A program made the position numbers and the translations under genes. This document shows, piece by piece, positions 30,883-39,733 of a DNA stretch of 64,000 nt (its first letter is position 1; every line of letters starts with the position of its first letter). Origin of the DNA: an uncultured Desulfospira sp. GTDB taxonomy: Bacteria; Desulfobacterota; Desulfobacteria; Desulfobacterales; Desulfobacteraceae. The notes beneath the pieces are model-generated. The model searched no databases, had not been told where the DNA came from, and saw nothing but the letters and a program-made list of their open reading frames with translations. Where the stretch lies: assembly GCA_963663165.1 (NCBI GenBank), contig OY760175.1:6624001-6688000 (forward strand). The letters are read 5' to 3'.

Positions 30883-32208
30883 TTAGAACGGCAGCATGCC
30901 CCGCATGGAGCGCATCCCGCCTTTATTAAACTTTTTAATCATTTTCATGGACTGGGTATAGCTTTTCAAAAGTTTGTTTACATCCTGGACCGTGGTCCCG
31001 CTGCCTGTGGCAATCCGTTTTTTCCGTGACGCCTTGATGATGCTGTGTTCAGCCCTTTCCTGGGGGGTCATGGAATTGATGATCGCCTCAATTTTTACAA
31101 ACTCTTTATCGTTAATCTCCAGCCCTTTGAGCTGTTTTTTATTTAAGCCGGGCAGCATGCCCAAAAGATCCTTGATAGACCCCATTTTCCGGACGGATTT
31201 CATCTGGTTTCTAAAGTCTTCAAGGGTAAAGGCATTTGCCCGAAGTTTTTTCTCAAGTGCCTTTGCCTCTTCCTGGTCAACGGCATTGGCCGCTTTCTCT
31301 ATAAGGGAGAGAGTGTCTCCCATGCCCAGTATCCGTGAGGCCATCCGGTCCGGATGAAAGGGCTCCAGTGCAGTGGATTTTTCCCCCACACCGATGAACT
31401 TTAAGGGTTTTCCCGTAACCGCCTTAATGGACAGGGCCGCACCGCCCCTGGCATCGCCGTCCATTTTGGTTAAAATAAACCCGTTCAGGTCCAGTCGTTT
31501 GTCAAAGGACTCGGCAATGTTTACCGCATCCTGGCCGGTCATGGCATCGGCCACCAGAAGGATTTCTGATGGGTTTACCCCTTTTTTGATGCCCTCAAGC
31601 TCTGCCATGAGTTCTTCATCCATGTGCAGCCGGCCGGCCGTGTCAAGGATGAGGGTGTCGCATCCCGCATCTCTTGCAGCCAGCTGCGCGTCCTGGCATA
31701 TCTTCAGGGGTTTCATGTCAGTTGATGAATCAAATACCGGGATGTCCAGCTGGCCCCCGATTTTTTTCAACTGATCAATGGCGGCGGGCCGGTACACATC
31801 CACAGGAACCAGGAAGGGCTTTTTTCCCTGCTTGCGCAGAAATCTGGCCAGCTTTCCCGCCGTGGTGGTCTTGCCGGACCCCTGAAGGCCCACCAGCATT
31901 ATAGAACCCGTTGACCGTCCCCCAAAATCCAGGCCCTGGTGTTCAGACCCCATCATCCGGGTGAATTCTTCATTGACGATCTTAATCACCTGCTGAGCCG
32001 GTGTCAGACTCTTCATGACGTCCTGGCCCAGGGCCCTCGTTTTAATGTCTGAAATGACTTTTTTGGCCACCTTATAATTGACATCTGCCTCAAGGAGTGC
32101 CATCCTGACCTGTTTGAGGCCTTCTTCGATGTTGCTCTCGTTAAGGGTGCCGTGACCTTTTAGCTTTTTGAAGACTGAATCCAGTCTGTCGCTCAAGTTT
32201 TCAAACAT
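30883..32208 (-). CDS. ffh: Signal recognition particle protein Ffh
   Basis: [15 protein letters not shown] and [10 protein letters not shown] motifs; Met-rich M domain. Confidence 0.98.
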   Translation of the reverse strand: MFENLSDRLDSVFKKLKGHGTLNESNIEEGLKQVRMALLEADVNYKVAKKVISDIKTRALGQDVMKSLTPAQQVIKIVNEEFTRMMGSEHQGLDFGGRSTGSIMLVGLQGSGKTTTAGKLARFLRKQGKKPFLVPVDVYRPAAIDQLKKIGGQLDIPVFDSSTDMKPLKICQDAQLAARDAGCDTLILDTAGRLHMDEELMAELEGIKKGVNPSEILLVADAMTGQDAVNIAESFDKRLDLNGFILTKMDGDARGGAALSIKAVTGKPLKFIGVGEKSTALEPFHPDRMASRILGMGDTLSLIEKAANAVDQEEAKALEKKLRANAFTLEDFRNQMKSVRKMGSIKDLLGMLPGLNKKQLKGLEINDKEFVKIEAIINSMTPQERAEHSIIKASRKKRIATGSGTTVQDVNKLLKSYTQSMKMIKKFNKGGMRSMRGMLPF

Positions 32209-32302
32209 AAAAATAGCCGATTTAGGGTGTCAAATCAAATCATTGAAATTAAAATATAATCCGTGATATGTCAAGAAAATAATAATTTTTTACGGGAAAA
32301 TC

Positions 32303-33343
32303 ATGAAAGAGAACATCCTCAACTACACCCGTCCCCAACTGGTTGAATGGCTTGACAGCAAAGGCGTTCGATCCTTCAGGGCCGGTCAGATTTTTAAGTG
32401 GATCTACCTTCGGCAGGCCAACGAATTCGAACAGATGACTGACCTTGGCAAACCGATGCGCGCTGTCCTTGATGAACATTTTTATCTCAACCGGCTGGTG
32501 CTGGAGAAAAAACAGGTGTCTTCGGATACAACGGAAAAATATCTGTTCCGACTTGAAGACGGGCTTTATGTGGAATCGGTACTGATCCCTGAAAAAGACC
32601 ACTTTACCCTGTGCGTTTCCTCCCAGGTGGGCTGCGCCATGGACTGCCGGTTCTGCCTGACGGCAAAAGGCGGATTTATCCGGAATCTGAAGGTGTCCGA
32701 GATTGTTTCCCAGGTCCGGGATGCCCGGTATTTTCTGATCCAAAAGGGGGTGGATCCGTTAAAACTGTCCAATATCGTGTTTATGGGCATGGGAGAGCCC
32801 CTTGCCAATTATGACCATGTGATCCGGTCCCTTGGCATTCTCACAGACACGGATTTTGGCATGAAGTTTTCTCCAAGACGGGTGACGGTGTCCACCTCCG
32901 GGCTGGTTCCCCGGATTCTGGACCTTGGCAATGAGACCGACGTGAACCTTGCCGTCTCCTTAAACGGGGTCAGCGACCAGGTTCGGGAAAAACTCATGCC
33001 CATCAACAAAGCCTATCCGTTAAAGGTGCTTCTGAATGCCTGCAAAGATTTTAAAATGAAGCCCAGAAACAAGATCACCTTTGAGTATATCCTGATTGCC
33101 GGGGAGAATGATTCGGACCAGGATGCCCGGGCCCTTGTCAAACTGCTTTCCCCCATCAAGGCCAAGGTGAACCTGATCCCCTTTAACGAACACCATGGGT
33201 GCGATTTTAAACGGCCTTCCCCGAACCGGATAAAGGATTTTCTTCAGATTCTGCTGGACAGCGGCATGACCGCCATAGTCCGGAAAAGCAAGGGGGATGA
33301 TATACTGGCGGCCTGCGGGCAACTCAAGGCAAAGCTGGTTTAA
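32303..33343 (+). CDS. rlmN: 23S rRNA (A2503-C2)/tRNA methyltransferase, radical SAM
   Basis: CVSSQVGCAMDCRFC, MGMGEP and AACGQL motifs. Confidence 0.97.
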   Translation: MKENILNYTRPQLVEWLDSKGVRSFRAGQIFKWIYLRQANEFEQMTDLGKPMRAVLDEHFYLNRLVLEKKQVSSDTTEKYLFRLEDGLYVESVLIPEKDHFTLCVSSQVGCAMDCRFCLTAKGGFIRNLKVSEIVSQVRDARYFLIQKGVDPLKLSNIVFMGMGEPLANYDHVIRSLGILTDTDFGMKFSPRRVTVSTSGLVPRILDLGNETDVNLAVSLNGVSDQVREKLMPINKAYPLKVLLNACKDFKMKPRNKITFEYILIAGENDSDQDARALVKLLSPIKAKVNLIPFNEHHGCDFKRPSPNRIKDFLQILLDSGMTAIVRKSKGDDILAACGQLKAKLV

Positions 33344-33462
33344 CTCAAAACCTGATCCACCTGCTGCGTTGCTGCAAAAATTTGCAATCCTCACATATTT
33401 CAATATGCTCCGGTTGCAAATTTTTTTGCGCCTTGCATCTGGACCAGGTTTTGAGTCAAACT
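33337..33462 (+). repeat. Family-B element copy 4 (overlaps the rlmN stop codon)
   Basis: TTTAACTCAAAACCTG...CAGGTTTTGAGTCAAA ends; core CCTCACATAT-TTCA-ATATGCTCCGGT carries compensatory changes. Confidence 0.88.
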
Positions 33463-33481
33463 GAAAGCCAGAACCTGGCAC

Positions 33482-33550
33482 CTGAAGGGGGGAAAGTGAG
33501 AAAGCGGGCAGGTGAGAGGGTGAGAAAACACAGATTCCTTCAACCTATCT
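33482..33550. repeat. Purine-rich short-repeat block, left of an imperfect direct-repeat pair (partner 35043-35135; related block at 5207-5240)
   Basis: GGGGGAAAGTGAGAAAG..GGGCAGGTGA.AGGGT..ACAGATTCCTTCA.CCTA is shared by both copies. Confidence 0.75.
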
Positions 33551-33580
33551 CTTTAAGTTGGCGTCTGGTCGAAGACCATT

Positions 33581-33642
33581 GGTTGGACGAAAAGTTGTCC
33601 ATATGCAAGGCGCAGCAGATGGGTGACTTTTCGTTAAACCAC
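33581..33642 (-). repeat. Family-B element, internally deleted reverse copy
   Basis: GGTTGGACGAAAAGTTGTCCATATGCAAGGCGCAGCAGATGGGTGACTTTTCGTTAAACC; abuts the ATPase stop codon. Confidence 0.8.
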
Positions 33643-34913
33643 TATTGAAAAAGTCTTCGGGACGGGACAGCCCAGATATTCAAACCGGCATCCAAAAGGG
33701 TGATTTGTTTTCCCGTGTAAACAACGAGCCCCCCCTTCCACTGATCACCAAGCTCACCGGCCAGCCGGGTCATGACCTGAAAATCTTTTTTTGCAACGGT
33801 TTCACGCGATTTTATCTCCATACCGACAACACCTGCCTGGGTGATAAGCATTAGATCCAGTTCCATACCGGACTGGGTCCTGTAAAAGTACATATCGGTT
33901 TGTGTCTGGGATGTTTTGACCCATTTGTAGACTTCACCAACTACCATGGTTTCGTATAATTCACCGTTCAGTCCTTCTTTAAATCCGGACAATTGCCGAA
34001 GTATTCCCATATCGGTCCAGTACAATTTGGGCGATTTGATGACCCGGCTGGTCAGGTTGCGGTAGAACGGCTGTAATGTCATGGACTGATATGAAATCTT
34101 CAGGTATTCAAGATACCGTCTGGCCGTATCGACACTGATCCCTGTGTCCCGGGCCAGTTCCGAATAGTTCAGCAGTTTTCCCGACCTCAACGCGGCCAGT
34201 TTCTGAAATTTTTGAAAGGGTCGCAAATCATCCAGCTTGGCCAGGTCGCCCAAGTCCCGCTCCAGATACAGATAGCAGTAATCTTTGAGCCATTTCCATC
34301 GCTCCTGTTCCGATAACGGTAATAACCCCGGCATGCCGCCCCATTTTAGAAGGTGGTTTTCCGTTTCAATGGAATCCATTTCCTGATCCCCGAACAAAAC
34401 CGGCGGTGTCTGTGTCAATACGTCGGACAAATCGGGTTGGACAATAATTTTATGGAGCAGCGGGGGGGATGGGGCCTGTTTCGTACTATCCGGGTGCAGT
34501 TCGGATTGCAGCAATGGCCAAAGCTCAAACAGGAAGGCCCTTCCGGCCAGTGTCTCCCGGATATTTTTCAGCAGCAGGATCTGACTTGAGCCCGTTAATA
34601 CGGAAAATGAAATGTCTCCGGCATCATAGGCAAATTTTATTTTTTCAAAAACAGACGGTTCTTTTTGTGCTTCATCAATAACAGCAGATCCGATCACCCG
34701 GTGCCAGGCCAGGGCGGAGGTGCTGCCCGCAATCTCTCTGTATTCAGCCGCGTCCAGGTTTAAATAGGTCAAATCAGCATAACGGGACTTTACCAGGGTT
34801 GTTTTTCCCGTCTGCCTGGCCCCTGTAAGAATGACAATCCGTTTTTGATCTGCCAAAGGCAAATGATTTGTGACATGTCGGTTTATCTGTAATTCTGACG
34901 TCATAATCGTCAT
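33642..34913 (-). CDS. AAA_14 ATPase with a C-terminal DUF4143 / PD-(D/E)xK-like domain
   Basis: GARQTGKT, IDEAQK, TGSS, GGMP, KSPKLYWTDMG and ELDL...EIK motifs. Confidence 0.9.
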   Translation of the reverse strand: MTIMTSELQINRHVTNHLPLADQKRIVILTGARQTGKTTLVKSRYADLTYLNLDAAEYREIAGSTSALAWHRVIGSAVIDEAQKEPSVFEKIKFAYDAGDISFSVLTGSSQILLLKNIRETLAGRAFLFELWPLLQSELHPDSTKQAPSPPLLHKIIVQPDLSDVLTQTPPVLFGDQEMDSIETENHLLKWGGMPGLLPLSEQERWKWLKDYCYLYLERDLGDLAKLDDLRPFQKFQKLAALRSGKLLNYSELARDTGISVDTARRYLEYLKISYQSMTLQPFYRNLTSRVIKSPKLYWTDMGILRQLSGFKEGLNGELYETMVVGEVYKWVKTSQTQTDMYFYRTQSGMELDLMLITQAGVVGMEIKSRETVAKKDFQVMTRLAGELGDQWKGGLVVYTGKQITLLDAGLNIWAVPSRRLFQ

Positions 34914-35042
34914 TTTACCTTTAAAATTTACGACGTCAAGCGAAAATTTAAAGGCTTTTTAATTTTTTAAGATATTCTGGCGGTATTTCAAGCTTGGATT
35001 GGCATCCAGGCGAGTTCGGGACCAGATTGTAACCTATCCCGC

Positions 35043-35135
35043 CTGGAAGGGGAGGGGGGAAAGTGAGAAAGTGGGAAAATGGGCAGGTGAAAGGGTACAG
35101 ATTCCTTCAGCCTAACCCCCTTCAGCCTAAACCCC
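35043..35135. repeat. Purine-rich short-repeat block, right copy, plus CCTTCAGCCTAA units
   Basis: Imperfect direct repeat of 33482-33550. Confidence 0.75.
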
Positions 35136-35137
35136 TG

Positions 35138-36163
35138 CTAAATCATTAAGTCCCTGAATTCTGCGGATGGCCGGGTCAAGACGGGGATGATCCGTTCGGT
35201 TTCATTGAACATCAGACGGATTTTGGATTCCGTGCCGGTTTCGGCCTTGCTGTAGGCGGCCACAATGGATGCCGCCGTTTCAATCTGCCGCTGGTTGAAT
35301 TCTCCGGTCAGGACCGCTTCAGGGCCGGGGAGGAAAGCGTGCCTGAACCGCAGATCCGTTTGAGGGTCTAACAGGGCCAGGATCTTTTTATTGTCGGCAT
35401 TGGATTTTCCCACCACCAGCTTGGCCTTTTCCGGTTCTTCAGGGGTATTGAGCCTGAAGTGGCGGCCATGTTTGAGCAGCCTTATCAGCCGCGGGTCACA
35501 GGAACCCTGGACATCCATAAGGTCTTTGAGCTTTCTGGAAAAGCCCACATCCGTGAGCAGGCAGCCGCCCGCCGGGGACGGATATTCAAGGATGCCGAAA
35601 TTTTCAGCCATCTGCATCTGGATTTTTCTGGACCGGCCAGTGATGTTCAGCAGCTGATCCCTGTTTACCAGGCCCTCTTTTTCCATAAGGGTTTCGGGCA
35701 GGCACCGGGCGCTCAAGGGCCTTAAAATATACCCATCCATTCCGGAATTTTTTTCCACATACCGAAGGGAATTTTTGGTCTGGGACTTGGGGCGCTGGCC
35801 CACCACTTCGCCGCTGAACAGAAAATCAAAGCCCAGTTCTTTCATCAAGAGGCCTGCTTTGTTGAACATCAGGGCATGGCAGTCCATGCAGGGGTTCATG
35901 TTTTTGCCGTATCCGGCCCTGGGGTTCTTGAGCATTTCCATGTAATCTTCGGTGATGTCCCGGATGATCAAGGGTATCCCGGTCTGCTTCGAGGCGTTTG
36001 CTGCGGATTTGGCAGAGAAAAACGGGGTTTCAAACCCAACCCAGGTAACGTCAATCCCCTGTTCTTTTAGAACCAGGGCAGAGAGCATGCTGTCCAGTCC
36101 CCCGGAACAAAGTCCTAAGGCTTTGACCGGTCCTGCCGGCCTTGTGCTTTGATTTTCGGTCAT
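35138..36163 (-). CDS. ThiI/MnmA-like PP-loop tRNA thiouridylase (DUF814-associated family)
   Basis: SGGLDS PP-loop, NPCMDCH, GEVVGQRPKSQ, PAGGCLLT and GRHFR motifs. Confidence 0.85.
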   Translation of the reverse strand: MTENQSTRPAGPVKALGLCSGGLDSMLSALVLKEQGIDVTWVGFETPFFSAKSAANASKQTGIPLIIRDITEDYMEMLKNPRAGYGKNMNPCMDCHALMFNKAGLLMKELGFDFLFSGEVVGQRPKSQTKNSLRYVEKNSGMDGYILRPLSARCLPETLMEKEGLVNRDQLLNITGRSRKIQMQMAENFGILEYPSPAGGCLLTDVGFSRKLKDLMDVQGSCDPRLIRLLKHGRHFRLNTPEEPEKAKLVVGKSNADNKKILALLDPQTDLRFRHAFLPGPEAVLTGEFNQRQIETAASIVAAYSKAETGTESKIRLMFNETERIIPVLTRPSAEFRDLMI

Positions 36164-36173
36164 GTATATTGTG

Positions 36174-36236
36174 AGCTTTTAGCGGTTAGCCTTTAGCCAT
36201 TAGGTTTTGGCTGTCGGCTGACAGCTGATGGCTAAA
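36174..36236. repeat. Heptamer repeats (TTAGC.. / ..GCTAA) in inverted arrangement
   Basis: AGCTTTTAGCGGTTAGCCTTTAGCCATTAGG ... GGCTGACAGCTGATGGCTAA. Confidence 0.65.
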
Positions 36237-36247
36237 AGATTAAATCT

Positions 36248-36901
36248 ATGAAATCTTCCCATGTTAAAATTTTGTTAGACACACTAAGTGAGCGGTATCC
36301 GGTTGTCAAGACCCAGCTGGATCATAAAAGCGCCTTTGAGCTTCTCATTGCCACCATTCTTTCCGCCCAGTGTACCGATGCCCAGGTCAACCGGGTGACG
36401 GTAAAATTGTTTGAGCAATATCCCGACCCCAGGGCCCTTTCCAAAGCCCCTTTGGAAAAGATCAAAAAATTGATCTTTTCCACCGGGTTTTACAATAATA
36501 AAGCCAAGAATATCAAGGCCTGTGCGGCAGCGCTTGTAGAAGATTATAACGGGGTGGTCCCCCGGGATATGGAATCCTTAACCCGGCTTCCGGGGGTGGG
36601 CAGAAAAACCGCTAACGTGGTCCGGTCGGTATGCTTTGGGGTTCAGACCATTGTTGTGGATACCCATGTGCTTCGAATTTCCAACCGCCTTGGGCTGGTC
36701 CGGACCAAAGACCCGGTAAAGGCTGAATTTGCGCTGATGGAGAAGATTGCTGAAAGCTCATGGAATGATCTTTCCCTTCAGTTGATTTATTTTGGCCGGG
36801 ACATCTGCAATGCCCGCAAGCCCCTGTGCCATGCGTGTCCCCTTTACGGCATCTGTCCTTCCCGGACCGGGAAAGTGAAAGACCCTTTATCTTTAAGCTG
36901 A
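36248..36901 (+). CDS. nth: Endonuclease III
   Basis: LSAQCTD, LPGVGRKTANV (HhH), VDTHV and C-x6-C-x2-C-x5-C FeS motif. Confidence 0.97.
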   Translation: MKSSHVKILLDTLSERYPVVKTQLDHKSAFELLIATILSAQCTDAQVNRVTVKLFEQYPDPRALSKAPLEKIKKLIFSTGFYNNKAKNIKACAAALVEDYNGVVPRDMESLTRLPGVGRKTANVVRSVCFGVQTIVVDTHVLRISNRLGLVRTKDPVKAEFALMEKIAESSWNDLSLQLIYFGRDICNARKPLCHACPLYGICPSRTGKVKDPLSLS

Positions 36902-37222
36902 ACCGCCGAACACCTCTTTGAAAATCCGGTCGTCTTCAATAATACACCGGTCCTTTAATTTCTTGTACAGCACCAGCAGGGACTTGCCTTCCGGGGTCAG
37001 GGAGGTGCCGTCGATTTTGTCCGCCAGCACCACCGGCTTTTGATAATGTTCTTCCGTGGCCTTGATCTTGTTCCATACGGTTTTATAGGCCATGTTCAAT
37101 TCCTTGGCGGTTTTGTTGATAGAACCGGTCCGGTCAATGGATTCGAGTATTCTCATTCTGCCGGTTCCCATGATGATATCCCCGTTTTCATTGACAAGGA
37201 GCTGGGTTGATCTTAATTTCAT
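36893..37222 (-). CDS. ModE-like winged-helix regulator (DNA-binding domain only)
   Basis: GTGRMRILESIDRTGSINKTAKELNMAYKTVW and G..LTPEG match the ModE N-terminal domain; divergent from Mo-cofactor genes. Confidence 0.82.
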   Translation of the reverse strand: MKLRSTQLLVNENGDIIMGTGRMRILESIDRTGSINKTAKELNMAYKTVWNKIKATEEHYQKPVVLADKIDGTSLTPEGKSLLVLYKKLKDRCIIEDDRIFKEVFGGSA

Positions 37223-37318
37223 TGGTATCCCCCTTATGCGGCACTATACCCTAGTCGGCCCAAACAGGAAACAAGAAAAAAAGGAAAAATAATTACGCAA
37301 TAGCCACCTTTTTTCTTG

Positions 37319-37344
37319 ACCTTATGTTGAATTTACCATAAGGT
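37319..37344. promoter_or_regulatory. Candidate ModE-type operator
   Basis: Perfect ACCTTATG-N10-CATAAGGT palindrome overlapping a TTGACC -35 box between the divergent modE-like and fmdE genes. Confidence 0.6.
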
Positions 37345-37381
37345 GGCATTCGTTGTAAACATCAAACAGGAGCAACCCCCC

Positions 37382-37978
37382 ATGGAAGACTTTGAAACCC
37401 TGCTGGAAGGTTCTGGAAAAGCCCACGGACATCTTTGCCCGGGGCAGGTGGTCGGCGTCAGAATGGCCATGGAAGGCTGCCGCCTCATTGGCCTTGATGA
37501 GCCAAGTAAACTTCCCCAGATCAAAAAGCTGATTGTGTACATTGAAATGGACCGGTGCGCCACGGATGCCATTTCTTTTGTCACCGGCGTAAGACTGGGC
37601 CGGCGGTCTTTAAAATTTATTGACAACGGCATCATGGCCGCCACTTTTGTCAACCTGGAAACCAAAAAGGCTTTCAGGATTGTTTCCACAGAAGAATCCA
37701 GAGATCTGGCAGCCGGGTATGCCCCTGAAATAGAAGATAAAAGACAGCAGCAATTGGAAGGGTACAAGCGCATGCCCTTAGAAGAGTTGTTTACCATCCA
37801 GGAAGTCACGGTGGATGTGCCGGCCAGCGACATGCCGGGCCCCACCCGGTTCAAAGCGGTTTGCGAAGCATGCGGGCAGGTGGTCAGGGACAAGCGGGAA
37901 ATCATGAAGAACGGCAAAATTTTGTGTCGACCCTGTGCCTTGGGAAGTTATTATCAGGTTTTGGAAAAAGGAGAATAA
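37382..37978 (+). CDS. FmdE family protein with a C-terminal zinc finger
   Basis: HGHLCPG, EMDRCATDAI and CEACG...LCRPC motifs; GGAG RBS before ATG 37382. Confidence 0.9.
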   Translation: MEDFETLLEGSGKAHGHLCPGQVVGVRMAMEGCRLIGLDEPSKLPQIKKLIVYIEMDRCATDAISFVTGVRLGRRSLKFIDNGIMAATFVNLETKKAFRIVSTEESRDLAAGYAPEIEDKRQQQLEGYKRMPLEELFTIQEVTVDVPASDMPGPTRFKAVCEACGQVVRDKREIMKNGKILCRPCALGSYYQVLEKGE

Positions 37979-37979
37979 G

Positions 37980-39035
37980 ATGAGCAACCTCGTTGGAAAT
38001 CAGGCTTTTAAGACCATCCCGGTAGACCAGGCCGTGGGCACCACCCTGGCCCATGACATGACCGAAATTATCCCCGGGGAATCCAAGGGGCCGGCTTTTA
38101 AAAAAGGGCACAAGATCAGTGCCGGGGATGTCTGCCGCCTCATGCGCATGGGAAAAAACAACCTGTATGTCCTGGACCTTGAAGATCACCAGGTCCATGA
38201 GGATGATGCCGTTCTCGAGCTTGCCTCAGCCCTGGCCGGCCCGGGCGTGACCTTTTCCGGCGCCCCTTCCGAAGGAAAGCTGGCCCTCAAAGCCGAATAT
38301 CCGGGTTTGCTCAAAGTGAATGTGGATGCCTTAACCGAATTTAACATGGTGGATGACGTGATGTGTGCTGCCATGCACAATAACACGGCGGTTAAGAAAG
38401 GACAGGATCTTGCCGCCACCCGGGCGGTCCCCCTGGTAATTGACCGAAAAGAGCTTGACCGGGCCGTTAAAATTTCCCGGGAATTTTATCCCGTCATCAG
38501 CGTGAGCATGTTCAACCCCCTTAAGATCCGGCTGGTCATCACCGGCAACGAGGTGTACAAAGGGCTGATCAAGGACCGGTTCCACGATATTGTTGAAAAA
38601 AAGGTGACCGCCCTTGGCGGGACGTTAGAAGAGTTCACAATCCTGCCCGACGACCGGGAACAGATCAGCCAAAAGGTCCGGGAATACCTGGAAAAAGATA
38701 CCGACCTGATTATTACCACCGGCGGCATGTCCGTTGATCCCGATGATGTGACCCGGGCCGGAATTCAGGATGCCGGGTTTGATACCCTTCATTACTCTGC
38801 GGCGGTTCTGCCCGGTGCCATGTTCCTGTTAGGTTATGCCGGGAAAAAGGCCATCATGGGCCTGCCGGCCTGCGGCCTTTACCACAGGACCACCATATTT
38901 GACCTGGTGCTGCCCCGGGTTATGGCCGGCGAAACCCCGGGCAAACGGGACCTTGCCGCCCTGTGCCACGGCGGTCTTTGCCTGAACTGCCCCACCTGCC
39001 GGTTTCCGGCCTGTTCATTCGGCAAGGCCGGATGA
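37980..39035 (+). CDS. Molybdopterin-binding protein (MoeA-like)
   Basis: LAHDMTEI, TGNEV, TGGMSVDPDD, LPGAM and GLPAC motifs; C-terminal GGLCLNCPTCRFPAC. Confidence 0.88.
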   Translation: MSNLVGNQAFKTIPVDQAVGTTLAHDMTEIIPGESKGPAFKKGHKISAGDVCRLMRMGKNNLYVLDLEDHQVHEDDAVLELASALAGPGVTFSGAPSEGKLALKAEYPGLLKVNVDALTEFNMVDDVMCAAMHNNTAVKKGQDLAATRAVPLVIDRKELDRAVKISREFYPVISVSMFNPLKIRLVITGNEVYKGLIKDRFHDIVEKKVTALGGTLEEFTILPDDREQISQKVREYLEKDTDLIITTGGMSVDPDDVTRAGIQDAGFDTLHYSAAVLPGAMFLLGYAGKKAIMGLPACGLYHRTTIFDLVLPRVMAGETPGKRDLAALCHGGLCLNCPTCRFPACSFGKAG

Positions 39036-39556
39036 TGATGAAGGTTGTCCAGATCATCGGCCAGCAGAACGCCGGCAAAACCACCCTCATGAAGGAGGTG
39101 ATTGAAGCCCTGGTTCAAAAGGGGCTTTCCGTGGGCTCCATCAAACACACCTCCCATCAATATGAACTGGACAAACCGGGCAAAGATTCCTTTATCCACC
39201 GGCAGGCCGGCGCCAGTCCGGCGGCCATGGTTTCCGGCTGCCTTGCCGCCATTTACTTTCCCCTGCCCGAGGCCGGGGAAGGGCTCACCCCGGAAACCCT
39301 CCTGGAAAATCCCTTTTATCAAAACCTGGATATCGTGCTGATTGAGGGCTGGATTGCCGCCCCGTTTCCCAAAATCGAGGTCTTTCGTGAAGATATTGGC
39401 CGGGACCCGCTGTTCTTCAGGGTCCCGGGGGTAACGGCACTGGTCACCGACGATCCCCTTTCCCCTGCCGTGGAAGCCGAAGCCGGCCGCCAGGGCATCA
39501 ACCCATTCCCAAGAAAAAATCTTTCGCCTCTGGTGGCGTATTTGGCCGCTTTATAA
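39032..39556 (+). CDS. mobB: Molybdopterin-guanine dinucleotide biosynthesis protein B
   Basis: GQQNAGKTT, IKHTSH, DKPGKDS and LIEG motifs; ATGA overlap with the upstream gene. Confidence 0.9.
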   Translation: MMMKVVQIIGQQNAGKTTLMKEVIEALVQKGLSVGSIKHTSHQYELDKPGKDSFIHRQAGASPAAMVSGCLAAIYFPLPEAGEGLTPETLLENPFYQNLDIVLIEGWIAAPFPKIEVFREDIGRDPLFFRVPGVTALVTDDPLSPAVEAEAGRQGINPFPRKNLSPLVAYLAAL

Positions 39557-39616
39557 AATTTGCGGTCCTTAGTATTGCAGTCCCAATAAATAAGTTATAC
39601 ATTAGTATTCCAATAC

Positions 39617-39705
39617 TAACGGTCACGGGTCGTCTTGGTTATCCAAGCAAGCACCGCCCAAAACAAATATTGAAAGAACTCAAAAGGTTGCTGAGTCTTT
39701 CATAT
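39617..39705 (-). repeat. Family-A two-hairpin repeat (reverse copy)
   Basis: Reverse complement ATATGAAAGACTCAGCAACCTTTTGAGTTCTTTCAATATTTGTTTTGGGCGGTGCTTGCTTGGATAACCAAGACGACCCGTGACCGTTA. Confidence 0.88.
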
Positions 39706-39733
39706 CTAACATGAAAGATACTGGGAAAAGTCC

